Positions 18,884 to 28,199 of a DNA stretch of 64,000 nt are shown here, piece by piece (the stretch's first letter is position 1; each line of letters starts with the position of its first letter). Source of the DNA: Kiritimatiellia bacterium (GTDB taxonomy: Bacteria > Verrucomicrobiota > Kiritimatiellia > CAIKKV01). Made by a program: the position numbers and the translations under genes. The stretch lies in assembly GCA_044346855.1 (NCBI GenBank), contig JBIIYJ010000001.1:17056-81055 (forward strand). The letters are read 5' to 3'. The notes beneath the pieces are model-generated. The model saw only the letters and a program-made list of their open reading frames with translations. It was not told where the DNA came from and ran no database searches.

Positions 18884-19279
18884 ATGGCCGGGACCGTTTT
18901 ATTCGATACCGATGTGCTTGTTGATTTTCTCCGAGGACATCCGCAGGCGGTTGCCTTGCTCGAGAGCACAGTCGGCGATTTCGTCATCTCCAGTATCGTT
19001 GCGGCCGAACTCTACGCGGGGGTCAAGGGTGATGAAGAGCTAAAAACGCTTGACCGATTCCTCTCCTTGTTCCGCGTGGCGCCGGTTTCACGTGACATCG
19101 CCCGAGCGGGCGGCCTTTATCGCAAGACGTTCGGCAAGTCTCACGGCCTCGGACTGGCCGACGCCATCATTGCCGCAACGGCCGTCGTCGATCAGGCCGA
19201 TCTCAAGACGCTCAATACCAAACACTACCCCATGATCAAAGGTTTGAAGCCGGCTTACGTTAAATCCTCCCCCCCATGA
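18884..19279 (+). CDS. vapC: PIN-domain toxin VapC
   Basis: 131 aa, LFDTDVLVDFLRG...AAELYAG...LADAIIAATA with the PIN acidic residues. Confidence 0.85.
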   Translation: MAGTVLFDTDVLVDFLRGHPQAVALLESTVGDFVISSIVAAELYAGVKGDEELKTLDRFLSLFRVAPVSRDIARAGGLYRKTFGKSHGLGLADAIIAATAVVDQADLKTLNTKHYPMIKGLKPAYVKSSPP

Positions 19280-19322
19280 CAGACAAAGAGGAGTCCTGAA
19301 CACAATTCAAGGAGTCAGGCCG

Positions 19323-19865
19323 ATGAAACGCCGATTAACCTGCTTCATTTTTGTCGCGCTCCTGCTCCTCGCCGCGAGCCACGCCTTCGCCCAGGGGGCG
19401 CCTGCCGCAGAGGAGGCGATACGCGAAGAACTCAGCCACGACGAGTTTAATGCCCATTTATTTCCCACGCTGCTGACCATTGTGTTTTCGAGCGGCCTGT
19501 ATGGCGTGATCATCTGGGCCGGCATCTTTCTCTGGGGCATTCTCGCGATTCCCCTGGGAATCCTGTCCATCGTGCAGGCCGCCAAAAGCCGGACAAACCA
19601 GTGGCCTTTCGCCACGAAGCTTCTCGCGGGCGGTGGTGTCTGGGCTTTCATCCTGGGGCTGACCGGTTTTGCGCAAGGGGCCTACTACGGTCTTTACAAC
19701 ATGGCCAACGTGGTCGCCGGAACAGCGGCGCAGGCGACCCTTTTCGTAAACCTCGCGCACGCCCATTACACCCTCATTGGCGCTCTCCTGGTTTGCCAGA
19801 TCAACCTGTTCTTTTTCCTGGTTTCGCTCGCGATCCTTCACGTCAGAAACCGGAATCTACCTTGA
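19323..19865 (+). CDS. Membrane protein, possibly MotA/TolQ/ExbB-like (orphan)
   Basis: 180 aa. Signal or TM N-terminus and three TM helices. The GLTGFAQGAYYGLYNMA segment resembles the TolQ/ExbB GLLGTV.GM motif. SD AAGGAG. Confidence 0.45.
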   Translation: MKRRLTCFIFVALLLLAASHAFAQGAPAAEEAIREELSHDEFNAHLFPTLLTIVFSSGLYGVIIWAGIFLWGILAIPLGILSIVQAAKSRTNQWPFATKLLAGGGVWAFILGLTGFAQGAYYGLYNMANVVAGTAAQATLFVNLAHAHYTLIGALLVCQINLFFFLVSLAILHVRNRNLP

Positions 19866-19922
19866 CCGATTGAACTCACGCTTTAATCAATGCCGTAAAC
19901 CTTCACACACCCGGAAGACACC

Positions 19923-21209
19923 ATGACCTTGCAGGCCGGTTTTCATGAAGCGGATATCAGTCCCCGGTCCTTTCCGGCCCGGACCTACTGGTCGTCCGCC
20001 GACGCCCTTCTCGATCCCCTCTTCGCGCATGCGGCCGTATTCCGTGACGACGCGACCGTGATCGCCTTCCTTTCCCTCGACGTCGTCATCGTCGAGCGCG
20101 AGTATGTGGAGCGGATCCGCGAGCGGGTGAGCCGGGCGTGCCCGATTCCCGCCGACTGCCTCATGGTGTGCGCGACCCACAACCACGCCTGCCCCGCCGT
20201 CGTGGACCGGCCCTGGTCGAAAAAGGACGAAGCCTATCTTGCCGACATGGTCGAGCGGGGCGCGGAGGCCGTCATCGCGGCCTACCGGGGGCTGGTGCCA
20301 GTCGAAATCGGGACAGGAACCTGTTTCGAAAGCCGGGTGTCCTTCAACCGCCGCTTCCTCCTGAAGAACGGCTCGGTGATTTCGCAGCCCTCGCGCGCGA
20401 TCGTGGACCGCGATGTCCTCGCGGGGGAAGGGATCGTGGACCCCGAGGTCGGCGTGCTATGCGTCCGGGACGGAAGCCGGAACATCATCGGCCTGCTGGT
20501 CAACTTCGCCTGCCATGCCGTGCACCTGATGGGAAGCCTTTCCGCCGGCTTTCCGGGCGTGCTGTGCGACCGGCTCAAGGAGGCGTATGGCCGCGATGTC
20601 GTCTGCGTCTTTCTCAACGGCGCGTGCGGGAACGTGATCCACAAGAACTACGCCGATCCCGGCCATGAAGACACCAAGGAGAAAATCGGGTCCGTCCTGG
20701 CCGACGACGTCAAGCGGATCGTGCAAACCCTCTCCTATTCCGGGCGCGAAACGCTCGCGGCCGCATCCTGCCGCGTGGCCATCCGTTACCGGGAGATCGA
20801 CGGCCTTGAGCGCAACCTGCACAACCTGGCCCCGTTCAACGTCTTCCCCGGCCTGATCCAAAACGGCTGGTATGCGTGGTCGCTGGCGAAACTGAAGGAA
20901 CTTCACGCCGGGAGCGCCCACGAGGAGGCCGAGCTCCAGGCGCTCAAGATAGGGCGGACGGTTTTCGGCGCCGTGCCGGCCGAGTATTTCTCCCAGCACG
21001 CCCTGCGGATCAAGGAGCAAAGCGCGGCGGCGGAGACCTTCGTGGTTTCGCTGGCCAACGGGTGGCTGGGCTACATTCCCCACAAGGAAGCCTTCGACCG
21101 GATCGGCGGCCACGAAAGCACCTGGTGCCTGTCGAGCCGGATGGAGCCCGAAGCGGGCGACCGCCTGGCGGACGCCCTGCTCGACCTCATCAAAGGCATC
21201 CCGGCATAG
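19923..21209 (+). CDS. Neutral/alkaline ceramidase-like hydrolase family protein
   Basis: 428 aa. Architecture and motifs (CATHNHACP, NFACHAVH) resemble the neutral ceramidase N-terminal domain family. Confidence 0.5.
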   Translation: MTLQAGFHEADISPRSFPARTYWSSADALLDPLFAHAAVFRDDATVIAFLSLDVVIVEREYVERIRERVSRACPIPADCLMVCATHNHACPAVVDRPWSKKDEAYLADMVERGAEAVIAAYRGLVPVEIGTGTCFESRVSFNRRFLLKNGSVISQPSRAIVDRDVLAGEGIVDPEVGVLCVRDGSRNIIGLLVNFACHAVHLMGSLSAGFPGVLCDRLKEAYGRDVVCVFLNGACGNVIHKNYADPGHEDTKEKIGSVLADDVKRIVQTLSYSGRETLAAASCRVAIRYREIDGLERNLHNLAPFNVFPGLIQNGWYAWSLAKLKELHAGSAHEEAELQALKIGRTVFGAVPAEYFSQHALRIKEQSAAAETFVVSLANGWLGYIPHKEAFDRIGGHESTWCLSSRMEPEAGDRLADALLDLIKGIPA

Positions 21210-21334
21210 GCCTCGCCCTCCGTTTCACGTTATCTTTCACCCCTTTTTTGCCTGTTTTTTGCTTGCCGCAATGGCTTGCTCCCCTTACATTTAAACCCAT
21301 TTGCGTGCAACGGCCGACCCAACCGGAGAATGAC

Positions 21335-22489
21335 ATGGACTATCAGCTCACCGAACTTCAGACGAACATCCGGGACATCTGCGCCCAGATCGGCGAGGAA
21401 AAGATCAAGCCGGTTCGCGAGCACTTCGACGAGACCGGCGAATTCCCCAAGGAGATCATGCAGGTCTTCGCGGAAACCGGTCTCTTCGGCCTGTTCATCG
21501 AGGAAAAATACGGCGGCATGGGCGGCGGCGTGATGGATCTGGCCATCGCCACCGAAACGCTTTCCAAGACCTGCAGCGGCATCGCCCTGGGCCTTGCCGC
21601 CACGGCGCTGGGCACCTTCCCCATCATCCTCTTCGGCACCGAGGAGCAGAAGCAGAAGTACCTGACCAAGATCGCGGGCGGCACGATCGCGGCCTTCGCC
21701 CTGACCGAGCCCGAGGCGGGCAGCGACGCCGCGGCCATGAAGACGACCGCCCGCAAGGACGGCGAGTACTACATTCTCAACGGCACGAAGCAGTGGATCA
21801 CCAACGGCGGCGAGGCGGAGGTCTACACCGTCATCGCCATGACCAACAAGGAAAAGGGGCCCCGCGGCGCCTCGGCCTTCATCGTTGAAAAGGGCACGCC
21901 CGGCTTCGAGTTCGGCAAGAAGGAAAACAAGATGGGCATCCGGGCCTCGGCGACCCGCGAGCTGATCTTCCAGGACTGCCGCATCCACCAGTCCCAGCTC
22001 CTGGCCCGCGAGGGCATGGGCTTCATCGTGGCCATGAAGACGCTCGACCAGTCCCGCCCCGGCGTGGCGGCGCAGGCCCTCGGCATCGCGGCCGGCGCGC
22101 TGGACGTGGCGGTGGCCTACAGCAAGCAGCGCCGGCAGTTCGGCAAGCCCATCGGCTCGTTCCAGGGCGTCTCGTTCATGCTGGCCGACATGGCCACGCA
22201 GACCGAGGCGGCCCGCGCCCTCGTCTACGCCGTCGCCCGCACGGTCGACAGCGGGGCCAAGGACATCAGCAAGGTGTCGGCCATGTGCAAGCTCTTCGCC
22301 TCCGACACGGCCATGAAGGTGACCACGGACGCGGTCCAGGTGCTCGGCGGCTACGGCTACATGAAGGAGTACCCGGTCGAGAAGATGATGCGCGACGCCA
22401 AGATCACCCAGATCTACGAGGGCACGAACCAGATCCAGCGCGACGTGATCGGCAACGCCCTGGCCAAGGAATCCGGACGGGGAGCCTGA
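21335..22489 (+). CDS. Acyl-CoA dehydrogenase
   Basis: 384 aa. ALTEPEAGSDAAAM, WITNGG and QVLGGYGY...QIYEGTNQIQR ACAD signatures. SD GGAGA. Confidence 0.9.
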   Translation: MDYQLTELQTNIRDICAQIGEEKIKPVREHFDETGEFPKEIMQVFAETGLFGLFIEEKYGGMGGGVMDLAIATETLSKTCSGIALGLAATALGTFPIILFGTEEQKQKYLTKIAGGTIAAFALTEPEAGSDAAAMKTTARKDGEYYILNGTKQWITNGGEAEVYTVIAMTNKEKGPRGASAFIVEKGTPGFEFGKKENKMGIRASATRELIFQDCRIHQSQLLAREGMGFIVAMKTLDQSRPGVAAQALGIAAGALDVAVAYSKQRRQFGKPIGSFQGVSFMLADMATQTEAARALVYAVARTVDSGAKDISKVSAMCKLFASDTAMKVTTDAVQVLGGYGYMKEYPVEKMMRDAKITQIYEGTNQIQRDVIGNALAKESGRGA

Positions 22490-22490
22490 C

Positions 22491-23294
22491 ATGAACGTGG
22501 CCTTCATCGGCGCGGGTAAAATGGCGGAGGCCATCCTCCGCTCGCTGCTCGGAACGGAGATCGTGGCGCCCTTCGAGGTCATGGCCAGCGACGCGGACGC
22601 CTCGCGCCCCGCGGCCCTGGCGGCCGAGCTCAAGATCCAGGCCGCGCCCTCCAACGTCGCCGCCGCCGACTGGGCGGACGTCGTCTTCCTGTGCGTCAAG
22701 CCGCAGCAGCTGGAGGACGTGCTGCGCGAGCTGGCCGGCACGATCACCGACCGGCACCTCGTCATCTCCATCGCGGCCGGCAAGAAGCTGGCAACCATCG
22801 AGGCGCGCCTGCGCCTGGCGCGGGTCATCCGCGTGATGCCCAACGTCTGCTGCCTGGTCGGGGAAGGCATGAACGTCTTCACCCTCGGGGCCAAGGCCAC
22901 CGAGGAAGACGCCGATACGGCGATGCGGCTGCTGGGTTCCTGCGGCGCGGCGCACACGCTGCCCGAGGCGCAGTTCGACGCCGTCACGGCCCTGAGCGGA
23001 TCCGGGCCCGCGTTCTTCGCCCGCTTCCTGATCCACCTGGTCGAGGGGGCGAAGGCGGAGGGGCTGTCGGCGGACGACGCCGAAGCGCTGGCCGTGCAGA
23101 CGATGGCCGGCACGGCCGCCCTGCTCCGGAACACGACCCTCACCCCGGAGCAGCTGATCGCGAACGTCACCTCCGCCAAGGGCACCACGGCCGAAGGGCT
23201 GGCGGTGCTGGACCAGTCCGATTTCGCGGCGGTCATCCGCGCCACGGTGGCCGCGGCGGCCCGCCGCAGCCGCGAACTCAGCCAGCCGTCCTGA
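22491..23294 (+). CDS. proC: Pyrroline-5-carboxylate reductase
   Basis: 267 aa. MNVAFIGAGKMAEA Rossmann motif and ProC C-terminal SAKGTTAEGL. Confidence 0.85.
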   Translation: MNVAFIGAGKMAEAILRSLLGTEIVAPFEVMASDADASRPAALAAELKIQAAPSNVAAADWADVVFLCVKPQQLEDVLRELAGTITDRHLVISIAAGKKLATIEARLRLARVIRVMPNVCCLVGEGMNVFTLGAKATEEDADTAMRLLGSCGAAHTLPEAQFDAVTALSGSGPAFFARFLIHLVEGAKAEGLSADDAEALAVQTMAGTAALLRNTTLTPEQLIANVTSAKGTTAEGLAVLDQSDFAAVIRATVAAAARRSRELSQPS

Positions 23295-23301
23295 TCCCCC
23301 C

Positions 23302-24975
23302 ATGAAAAAACGAGCGCCTTCCACGGAAACCGCGGTCACCATGGCCGCCCGGCAGCGCGACATCGCCGTCTCCGAGTTCTTCCTGAAGAACCGGCACCTG
23401 CTGGGGTTCGACAATCCCCGCCGCGCGCTGCTGACCACGGTCAAGGAGGCGGTCGACAACGGGCTGGACGCCTGCGAGGAGGCCGGCATCCTGCCCGAGA
23501 TGGCGGTGGACATCGCCGAGCTGGCCGAGAACCGGTTCCGCGTGTCGGTGACGGACAACGGCCCCGGCATCGTGCGGGCCCAGATCCCGCGCATCTTCGC
23601 CAAGCTCCTCTACGGCTCCAAGTTCCACCGCCTGCGCATGTCCCGGGGCCAGCAGGGCATCGGCATCAGCGCGGCCGGCATGTACGGCCAGCTGACGACG
23701 GGGAGCGCCACCCGCATCGACTCCCGCGTGGAGGGCAAGGCCGCCCACCACCTCGAGGTGCAGATCGACACCCGCAAGAACACGCCCGCCATCCTGAAGG
23801 ACCACGAAACCCCCTGGCACCCGGCGTTCCCCGGGGAGGACGGCGCCCCCGTCGAAAGCCGCCACGGCACCTGCGTCTCGATCGACATGGAAGCGTCCTA
23901 CGTCCGCGGCCGGCTCTCGGTGGACGAATACCTGAAGCAGTGCGCCATCGTCAACCCCCACCTCCGCCTCCACTTCCGCGTCACGCTGCTGCCGAAGGAA
24001 GGGGCGGCGCCCGTCGCGGCCGCGCCCGCGGACCCCGCGGGGGGCTGGACCACCTACGCCCGCGCCACGGAGCTGCTGCCGAAGGCCCCGCTCGAGATCA
24101 AGCCGCACCCGCACGGCGTCGAGCTCGGCATGCTGATGCAGATGCTCAAGGCCTCCACGGCCCGCTCCGTGAAGTCCGCCCTGGCGGCCGATTTCTCGCG
24201 CGTCAGCCCCTCGAACGCCGACGCCATCTGCCGGCAGGCTGGGCTGGATCCGCTGGCGAAGCCAAGCCAGATCGCGCACCACGAGAGCGAGGCGCTCTTC
24301 AAGGCCCTCAACGCGGCCCGGCTGATGCGGCCGCAGGTCGACTGCCTCTCCCCCATCGGGGAGGAGCTGATGGTGGCGGGGCTGCGCAAGGAGGTGCCGG
24401 ACGCCTTCTACGCGGCCGTGAGCCGCCCCCCCGCCGTCTACCGCGGCAACCCCTTCCAGATCGAGGCGGCCCTGGCCTATCTCGAAAAAGGGGACGTGGG
24501 CGGGGACGGCGGCTCCGACGAGCCCGTGCAGGTGCTGCGCTTCGCGAACCGGGTGCCCCTGCTCCACATGGCCGGCGGCTGCGCCATGACGAAGGCGGCG
24601 CTGGCGGTGAACTGGAAGGCCTACGGCCTGGCCCAGCCCAAGGGGTCGCTGCCGGTCGGCCCGGTCGTGCTGCTGATCCACATGGCCAGCGTCTGGGTCC
24701 CCTTCACCAGCGAAAGCAAGGACGCGGTGGCCCACTATCCCGAGATCATCCGCGAGATGACCTTTGCGCTCCAGGAGCTGGGGCGACTGCTGTCGGTCCA
24801 CCTGGGCCGGCGCCACCGGGAGGACGAGGCGGCCCGCAAGCAGCGGTACATCGAGCTTTACCTGCCCCACCTGGCGCTCGGCTTGCGCCAGATCCTGGGG
24901 CTGACCGAAACCGAGGAGACGGCGCTGCGCGACCGCCTCCGCGACATGCTTGAACGCGCCCGCGCCGAGACCTGA
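23302..24975 (+). CDS. top6B: DNA topoisomerase VI subunit B (type IIB, GHKL ATPase)
   Basis: 557 aa. LGFDNPRRALLTTVKEAVDNGLDA matches archaeal Top6B ([23 protein letters not shown]); G-loop TDNGPGI and transducer region present. Confidence 0.9.
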   Translation: MKKRAPSTETAVTMAARQRDIAVSEFFLKNRHLLGFDNPRRALLTTVKEAVDNGLDACEEAGILPEMAVDIAELAENRFRVSVTDNGPGIVRAQIPRIFAKLLYGSKFHRLRMSRGQQGIGISAAGMYGQLTTGSATRIDSRVEGKAAHHLEVQIDTRKNTPAILKDHETPWHPAFPGEDGAPVESRHGTCVSIDMEASYVRGRLSVDEYLKQCAIVNPHLRLHFRVTLLPKEGAAPVAAAPADPAGGWTTYARATELLPKAPLEIKPHPHGVELGMLMQMLKASTARSVKSALAADFSRVSPSNADAICRQAGLDPLAKPSQIAHHESEALFKALNAARLMRPQVDCLSPIGEELMVAGLRKEVPDAFYAAVSRPPAVYRGNPFQIEAALAYLEKGDVGGDGGSDEPVQVLRFANRVPLLHMAGGCAMTKAALAVNWKAYGLAQPKGSLPVGPVVLLIHMASVWVPFTSESKDAVAHYPEIIREMTFALQELGRLLSVHLGRRHREDEAARKQRYIELYLPHLALGLRQILGLTETEETALRDRLRDMLERARAET

Positions 24976-24989
24976 AACGAGGAACGCCC

Positions 24990-26120
24990 ATGGCCGCCCG
25001 CCGCCCCAAGCCCAAGCCCACGCCCTCCACCCGCGAGGAGGCCTCGGTCCGCATCCGCGAGATCGGGGACGAGATCCGGCAGGACATCAAAAAGCGGAAA
25101 AAGCCCGAAATGGCTTTTCCGGTCCGATCGCTCGCCAACGTGCGCTACGACCCGAAAACGGGCTTTTTCGAGATGCTGGGCAAGACCGCGGTGCGCACCC
25201 TGAGCACCAACACGGTCAAGACCTTCGCCCAGTCGGTCCGGCTCCTGGCCACGACCAAGGCTGACCTGCTGGACAAGAATGACATCGCCGGCAAGCGCGA
25301 GGTTTACTACAACAGCAAGAGCTGGGGGGAGTGCCGGTTCGACGAGCAGCCCGAGAGCGACGCCCTGCTCGACGACATCGAGGCCATGCTGGGCGTGAAC
25401 CGGGAGCTGCTGGGCTACATCCCCGAGGAGCGCGGGGGCGACGTGACGGGGCCGCTGGTCGTGATCGACCAGGACCCGGTGCGGGGCACGCCGATCCGGA
25501 TCGACTGCGCCCGCCTGGGGTCGGGCGCCTGGAGCATCCCGTCCCGCGTGGAGCATCTCAAATTCGAAAGCAAGGCCGCCTTCATCCTGGTGATCGAGAC
25601 GGCGTCCCTGTTCCAGCGCCTGGTCCACCACCGCTATTACGAAAAGGCCAAGTGCATTTTGATCTCGATGAGCGGCGTGCCCACCCGCGCCTGCCGCCGG
25701 TTCATCCGCCGGCTGGCGGACGACCGGAAGCTGCCGGTCCTGGTCTTTACCGACGGGGACCCCTACGGCTACTGCAACATTTACCGGACCCTGAAGGTGG
25801 GCTCGGGGCAGGCGGCGCACATCAACAGCTTCTTCTGCGTGCCCCAGGCGCACTACCTGGGCGTGACGCCGTGGGACATCAAGGAATTCCACCTGGAGGA
25901 CGCCACCCATCCGCTGGAGGAGGTGGACATCAAGCGGGCCAAGGACGCGCTGAAGAACGACCCGTTCATCCGCCACCACAAGGAATGGCAGGACGCGCTG
26001 AACCTGATGATCAAGATGGGGGTCCGCATCGAGCAGCAGGCCTTTGCCAAGCACGGGCTGAACTACGTGCTTGAGGAATACCTGCCGCGGAAGCTCAAGA
26101 AAGGCGTCTACCTGCCATGA
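24990..26120 (+). CDS. top6A: DNA topoisomerase VI subunit A (Spo11/Top6A)
   Basis: 376 aa. Catalytic-tyrosine region KREVYYN, TOPRIM VLVFTDGDPYG, and the canonical Top6A size. Confidence 0.9.
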   Translation: MAARRPKPKPTPSTREEASVRIREIGDEIRQDIKKRKKPEMAFPVRSLANVRYDPKTGFFEMLGKTAVRTLSTNTVKTFAQSVRLLATTKADLLDKNDIAGKREVYYNSKSWGECRFDEQPESDALLDDIEAMLGVNRELLGYIPEERGGDVTGPLVVIDQDPVRGTPIRIDCARLGSGAWSIPSRVEHLKFESKAAFILVIETASLFQRLVHHRYYEKAKCILISMSGVPTRACRRFIRRLADDRKLPVLVFTDGDPYGYCNIYRTLKVGSGQAAHINSFFCVPQAHYLGVTPWDIKEFHLEDATHPLEEVDIKRAKDALKNDPFIRHHKEWQDALNLMIKMGVRIEQQAFAKHGLNYVLEEYLPRKLKKGVYLP

Positions 26121-26521
26121 CCCGGCGGCTTCGCGTGGCCTGCGCCGTGATGGCCGAAAACGGGCGCCTTTTCGCCGCCCGCCGGGGACCTGGGGGGCGC
26201 AACGGCGGGCTTTGGGAGCTGCCTGGCGGGAAGCTGGAGCCGGGCGAAACGCCCTCCGCCTGCCTGGAGCGCGAATTGAAGGAAGAGCTGGGAGTGGACG
26301 TCCGGGCCGACGGGGAGTGGGACGCGGTCCGCCACGACGAACCGGGGTTCAGCCTGGAGCTGATCCCGGTGCTGTGCAGCCGGGTGAAAGGCGAGCCGAC
26401 CGCCGGCGAACATGCCGAAAGCGGCTGGTTCGATCCGGCCGGGCTGAAAGCGCTGGAATGGTCGCCGGCCGACGTGCCGGTGGTGGAGCGATGGCTTAAG
26501 GAGCAGGCGCGGCCGCTATAG
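26117..26521 (+). CDS. NUDIX hydrolase (MutT-like)
   Basis: 134 aa. Nudix box GGKLEPGETPSACLERELKEELG. ATGA overlap with top6A. Confidence 0.85.
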   Translation: MTRRLRVACAVMAENGRLFAARRGPGGRNGGLWELPGGKLEPGETPSACLERELKEELGVDVRADGEWDAVRHDEPGFSLELIPVLCSRVKGEPTAGEHAESGWFDPAGLKALEWSPADVPVVERWLKEQARPL

Positions 26522-28051
26522 GATTTCGATTTTGACGTCGTCCGTGGCCGTGGCGGTCACCGTCTCCGTCTCCTCGGCCTTCTTGTAGGTCGGCAGGTAG
26601 CGGTAATAGACCTCCAGGCTCAGCGTGGCGAGCGTGGTGGTGTAGACCGCGCCGCCGTGATCGCCGGTCGGCCAGTAGCCGCAGCCGTCGTCTTCCTTGA
26701 TCTGGGCGTCAACGAACTGTTTGTTGAAGATGCCGTTCCAGGCGTTCCAGGTGGCCTCGCTGGCCTGGAACTTGGCCTGCGTGACATAGTACCAGCCGTA
26801 GACCGTGGCCTTGGTGTTGGTGTTGGCCGGCCAGACGCAGGTCTGTCCTTCCAGCAAGGTGACGCCCTGCCGGGTTTCAGCATCCTTGGCATGACCCAGC
26901 AATTGCAGGCAGAGCGTGCCGACCGCGGTCATGGTCCAGCGCCCGCCGGTGGGGGTGGGCTTGCCGGGCTCGCCGGAATAGACGAAGCCGGACCCGTTCT
27001 GGGCGTAGGCCTGGGTCTTAAGGAACATGATGGAGCGGTTGACCGCGTCCGCCAGGTTGGTGTGGGTCGAGCCGGCCATCGTGGCGGCCTTCAGGGCCTG
27101 GACGTTCCAGCCGGCCACGGAGGTGTCGAAGCGCTTGCCCTTGGCATAGCCGTAATCGAAGCCGCCTTCCGGCTGCTGGCCGTCGATGAGGAACGCCACG
27201 GATTTCTCCATGGCATCCTTGACCGCCATGATCTTGGTCAGGGCGTAGGCCTCGGAAATGGCGTAGGTGCAGATGGCGTGGGTGTAGGAGTTCTGGCTGA
27301 ACTTGCCCTTGGCGTCCTTGGCCTGGTGGGCGATCAGGAAGCGGATGGCCTTCTCGACGGTCTGGCCGAACTCCTCGGACTGCGGCGTCTCGCCGTGGGC
27401 CAGGAAGGTCAGCAGCGCCAGGCCCGACATGGCGATGTGGTCCACGTCGCTGGCGGTCTTCCAGGAGCCGTCGGCATCCTGTTTCTTTTTCAGCCAGCGC
27501 AGGGCGCGCAGCACGGCGTCCTCGCCGCGGCCGGTTCCCTTGTAGGCGCGCATCGCGCCCTGCCGGGCGGCGGAGGACATGCGGTTTCCGTAGAGGTTCT
27601 TGATGATCAGCGGGCTCTTGGTCAGCAGCGGAACGGGCGCAGTCAGGTCCACGGCGGTTTCGCTCACGATCGGGGCGTCGACGGGCGGCGCCTCGATCGG
27701 CACGTCGTTGAAGTTGTTCATGTTGTCGAGGGGTGGCGGTTCGAGCGGCTGGATCTCGATCTCCTTCATGAGATCCTTGATGTCCTCCAGCTTGACCGTT
27801 TCCGCTTCCATGACGGTGACTTCCACCGCGCGCGACTGCGTGATGGTTTTGCGCGCCACGAGCGTGAACAGGGCGCCGAGCACGCCGAAGCAGAGGAGCA
27901 GCGAGATCGTGGAGGGACCGAAAATCCGGGTGACGGCCATGACGGCCGACTTGTACTCGCCCGACTCCTTGGGAGACGACAGGCCGCGCATGATGCGCTT
28001 GAAATCGAGGAGATTCGACTCGACGAGGATATTATCCGATTCGGAAGACAT
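26516..28051 (-). CDS. Prenyltransferase/squalene-oxidase repeat protein with N-terminal membrane anchor
   Basis: About 511 aa from MSSESDN (SD AAGGG). One TM helix (ISLLLCFGVLGALFTLVA), then repeated aromatic/Gly-rich units (DGSW, GGFDY, QNGSGF) typical of terpenoid-cyclase-like toroid repeats. Convergent 6-bp overlap with nudix. Confidence 0.6.
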   Translation of the reverse strand: MSSESDNILVESNLLDFKRIMRGLSSPKESGEYKSAVMAVTRIFGPSTISLLLCFGVLGALFTLVARKTITQSRAVEVTVMEAETVKLEDIKDLMKEIEIQPLEPPPLDNMNNFNDVPIEAPPVDAPIVSETAVDLTAPVPLLTKSPLIIKNLYGNRMSSAARQGAMRAYKGTGRGEDAVLRALRWLKKKQDADGSWKTASDVDHIAMSGLALLTFLAHGETPQSEEFGQTVEKAIRFLIAHQAKDAKGKFSQNSYTHAICTYAISEAYALTKIMAVKDAMEKSVAFLIDGQQPEGGFDYGYAKGKRFDTSVAGWNVQALKAATMAGSTHTNLADAVNRSIMFLKTQAYAQNGSGFVYSGEPGKPTPTGGRWTMTAVGTLCLQLLGHAKDAETRQGVTLLEGQTCVWPANTNTKATVYGWYYVTQAKFQASEATWNAWNGIFNKQFVDAQIKEDDGCGYWPTGDHGGAVYTTTLATLSLEVYYRYLPTYKKAEETETVTATATDDVKIEIL

Positions 28052-28199
28052 AACCCTTCCCTTCGTGTTGAGAGCAGGCCCGGCGATCGGGCCTCCATCC
28101 CATCCTGAACAACATATCAAATACTTCGGGTGTAAGCCATATCTTTTTGGCCAATTCGTCATTGAATTCCGACGCGTCCCGCGCCATCATTGTACAAGC

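Noticed and set aside
21230-26054. Minus-strand ORFs of 671, 530 and 398 aa under the acd-proC-top6 genes
   Set aside because: Antisense shadows. The sense strand carries unambiguous ACAD, ProC and Topo VI motifs.
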